Origin: Chrysochromulina tobinii
Taxonomy: Eukaryota
Reading direction: 5' to 3'
Length of the DNA stretch: 39,463 nucleotides
Assembly: GCA_001275005.1 (NCBI GenBank)
Contig: JWZX01002420.1
Location: forward strand, 1-39,463
The notes beneath the pieces are model-generated. The model did no database searches. It was not told the DNA's origin and saw only the letters and a list, made by a program, of their open reading frames with translations. The translations under genes were made by a program, and so were the position numbers. Of the stretch, positions 37,329-39,463 are shown in pieces (within the stretch, counting starts at the first letter, position 1; each line of letters starts with the position of its first letter).

Positions 37329-37603
37329 CACTATGGACTGTGCCATATGCTTGGGCCGGCCCGTTCACTGTGAATGGACTGAGCCATACGCTTGGGCCGG
37401 CCCATTCACTTTGCCTCGTTTGACTCGATCCGCGGACTTGGGGGTGGTGGTGGTGGGTTTGGGGGGTTCCTCGTACTAGTACCTCGATACCTCGTGCAGG
37501 CCTCGATGAACGATTGTCCGCATGATCAGATCGGAAGATCGGTTTGCGTTTGGGGGTGGGGGGGGGCGGGGCGCGGCGCGGAGGTGGGCGATGAGTGAAG
37601 GCT

Positions 37604-37680
37604 GATGCGAGATTAATACGAGATGCGCATGCGCAGAGATTAATACGAGATGCGCAGAGATTAATACGAGATGCGCAGAG
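37604..37680. repeat. 21-bp intergenic tandem repeat x3
   Basis: GAGATTAATACGAGATGCGCA units. Confidence 0.9.
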
Positions 37681-38164
37681 CGCGCTTGGCCGCCCGGCCG
37701 CAAGCCAATGCGCGCGCATTTTTGAGATCATGCTGGGTCGGGCTGTCGGGTCCACGCGACGGGGGCTGATGAGTAGCGCCCTGTCAGGGTCTCAATGCGT
37801 CACGGCGCCCCTGTAATAAGAACTACATCAAGGCTTCCTTTAGCCGTGGAGCGTCGGAGGGCCTGTTATTTTGATGAGAATCTGGTGGAAATGCCCACTT
37901 TTGAGTTGGTGTCTTCGATCCTAGATATGTCTCGGCTCGACATCTCAAGTTGTCGTCGAAAATCAATACGCCCAGGCGCCTGGCTCTGGGTGGTTTGGGG
38001 GTCCGCACTCGGCGGCTCGGCGCACGTGCATCTCCCATTTCTTTCCCTTGCCCAAGTCGGCTACAGCGGACGCGCGCGATGCTCCAATCCCGACGCCGCA
38101 TCGCGCGCGAGAGAAGAGGAGCCGCACCGGGCTGCGGCGCGGCGGGCCAGCCCTGATGGCCTCA

Positions 38165-39463
38165 TCACACACCCTCGCGCGCCGACGCCTCGCGAATCAC
38201 CGCCGGCACCGACGTGGGCGGAATGACGCCCACCTCGGTGACCACCATCGTGAGGTATTTCATCGGCGTCGCGTCGTACAGAAGGTTGAGCAGCTTCAGC
38301 CGCGGGATGTCACGCCAGTCGGCGACGCTACCAGTACCGCCCCCTCCGGCACTCGCCGTTGTCACGCCGCCGCCTGCGGCTGGAGCCGCAGGCGGTGCGG
38401 TCGGCGCGGGCGCTGTGGCGGGCGCACTACCGGCGACGCCAGTAGCGGGTCGGAGCGGCGGTGGGATGAGCTCGTCGGGGTCGCCGAGCTCGTTGAAGCA
38501 GATCGAGTCGAGGAGCACGCGCTCCGCAAACTTGTACGTCTCGCAGCACACGAGCGCCGGCACGCCATGCGAATGAGCTAGCATGCAAACCAGTGCGGTG
38601 CCCGCGCGCGCGACGAGTGTACCGTTGAGGAGCATGGAGGAGGCGCCGAGCAGCAACTTGGTCACCTCGGGCATCGTGTACGAGAGCGCGTGCAGGTTCA
38701 CGTACGTGCACCGCAGCCCCGCAGCCAGCAGCCGTGCCATCAAATCGCGCCCTTCGAACTTGGGGCCAGCGTCGGCGACGAGGATGCGGAAGGTCACGCC
38801 TGACTGGTACGCGTGGAGCAGTACGCGCTCGACGACGTACGAGGCGGCGTACACGAGCACCACGTCGCCCGGTGCGATCCGCGACATGGCATTCGCGATG
38901 ATCGCCTCGTCTGCGATGTGGATCTTTTCGGCGATGAACTGATCGATCGACTCGACGAGCATCTCTTTGACCTTCTCGTCGGGCAAGTGCGGCGGCGCGA
39001 CGGTGACTTTGTTCTTGATCCACTTGATGCCGTTGCCCATCGCCATCGACTGCGGCCGGCAATCGACCAGGTACTGGATCTGGAGCTTCAGACACGCATC
39101 GAGCTCACGAGAGAAAACCTTGGCGGGCGGCGGCTCGAAGTCGCTGATGACCTGTTGGAAGGCGCGCAACATGCCCACGACACGGGCGTTCGAGCCAGAG
39201 ATGATGCCCTCTGCCATCTGGAGCCCGAGGCGCAGCACTGCGGGGTGGATGCTCCCCTTGGCCACTGCCGCCGCCGAGAGCCCCGTGTCCTTTTCGTACT
39301 GCGGCAGGTGTGCGAAGAGCGGCACCTCCTTCTGGGTCGGCGTGCGCTTGGCCACCTGCTGCTTCTGAAGCTTCGCGACGCTCTTCTTGTCGTCGTGCTG
39401 CATTGGTGCCGTTGGCGGCCCGCTTCCCTTGCCTCCGCCGCCCCCGCCGCCACCGCCGCCACC
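38165..39463 (-). CDS. EIF2B4: Translation initiation factor eIF2B subunit delta, 5' partial
   Basis: VPLFAHLPQY, IHPAVLRLGLQ..IISGSNAR, CRPQSMAMGNGIKW, VCCETYKFAERVLLDSICFNELGDPD, LKLLNLLYDATP..TEVG.IPPTSVPAVIRE; frame open to the window edge. Confidence 0.95.
   Translation of the reverse strand, partial: GGGGGGGGGGGKGSGPPTAPMQHDDKKSVAKLQKQQVAKRTPTQKEVPLFAHLPQYEKDTGLSAAAVAKGSIHPAVLRLGLQMAEGIISGSNARVVGMLRAFQQVISDFEPPPAKVFSRELDACLKLQIQYLVDCRPQSMAMGNGIKWIKNKVTVAPPHLPDEKVKEMLVESIDQFIAEKIHIADEAIIANAMSRIAPGDVVLVYAASYVVERVLLHAYQSGVTFRILVADAGPKFEGRDLMARLLAAGLRCTYVNLHALSYTMPEVTKLLLGASSMLLNGTLVARAGTALVCMLAHSHGVPALVCCETYKFAERVLLDSICFNELGDPDELIPPPLRPATGVAGSAPATAPAPTAPPAAPAAGGGVTTASAGGGGTGSVADWRDIPRLKLLNLLYDATPMKYLTMVVTEVGVIPPTSVPAVIREASAREGV

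Overview
GC-rich, gene-dense eukaryotic nuclear DNA with GT-AG introns and an axonemal dynein LC1 gene. The style (GTGCGC/GTGAG donors, (CAAGT)n and ATCAGTGG-type repeats) suggests a haptophyte alga, possibly Chrysochromulina-like; this is inference only. About 18 genes: chromodomain protein (partial), SF3B2, a Pro-rich/ShKT/EF-hand membrane protein, Mn-type CDF transporter, BTB-BACK-Kelch, ankyrin-JmjC (JMJD8-like), SAM-like protein, RlmA-like methyltransferase, PAC4(PSMG4)-6PGL fusion, DNAL1, TPR-2OG oxygenase-like, PAN-cyclophilin-like, a small TM protein, F-box/LRR, SAPS-like, a hypothetical TM protein, EXS protein and eIF2B delta (partial). Three signals stand out. (1) Introns in three unrelated genes are built from a copy of the adjacent exon plus shared CTGAT-type filler repeats, two of them stacked as tandem GT..AG units joined by AG|GT. 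(2) The PAC4-6PGL fusion linker carries a ubiquitin-like LxLRGG site followed by a GNAFS myristoylation-like motif. (3) A 463-bp intergenic tract has no CAG/CTG, and contains a C(UUCG)G hairpin and Helitron-like ends. All gene models and family calls were made by eye, with no searches run.
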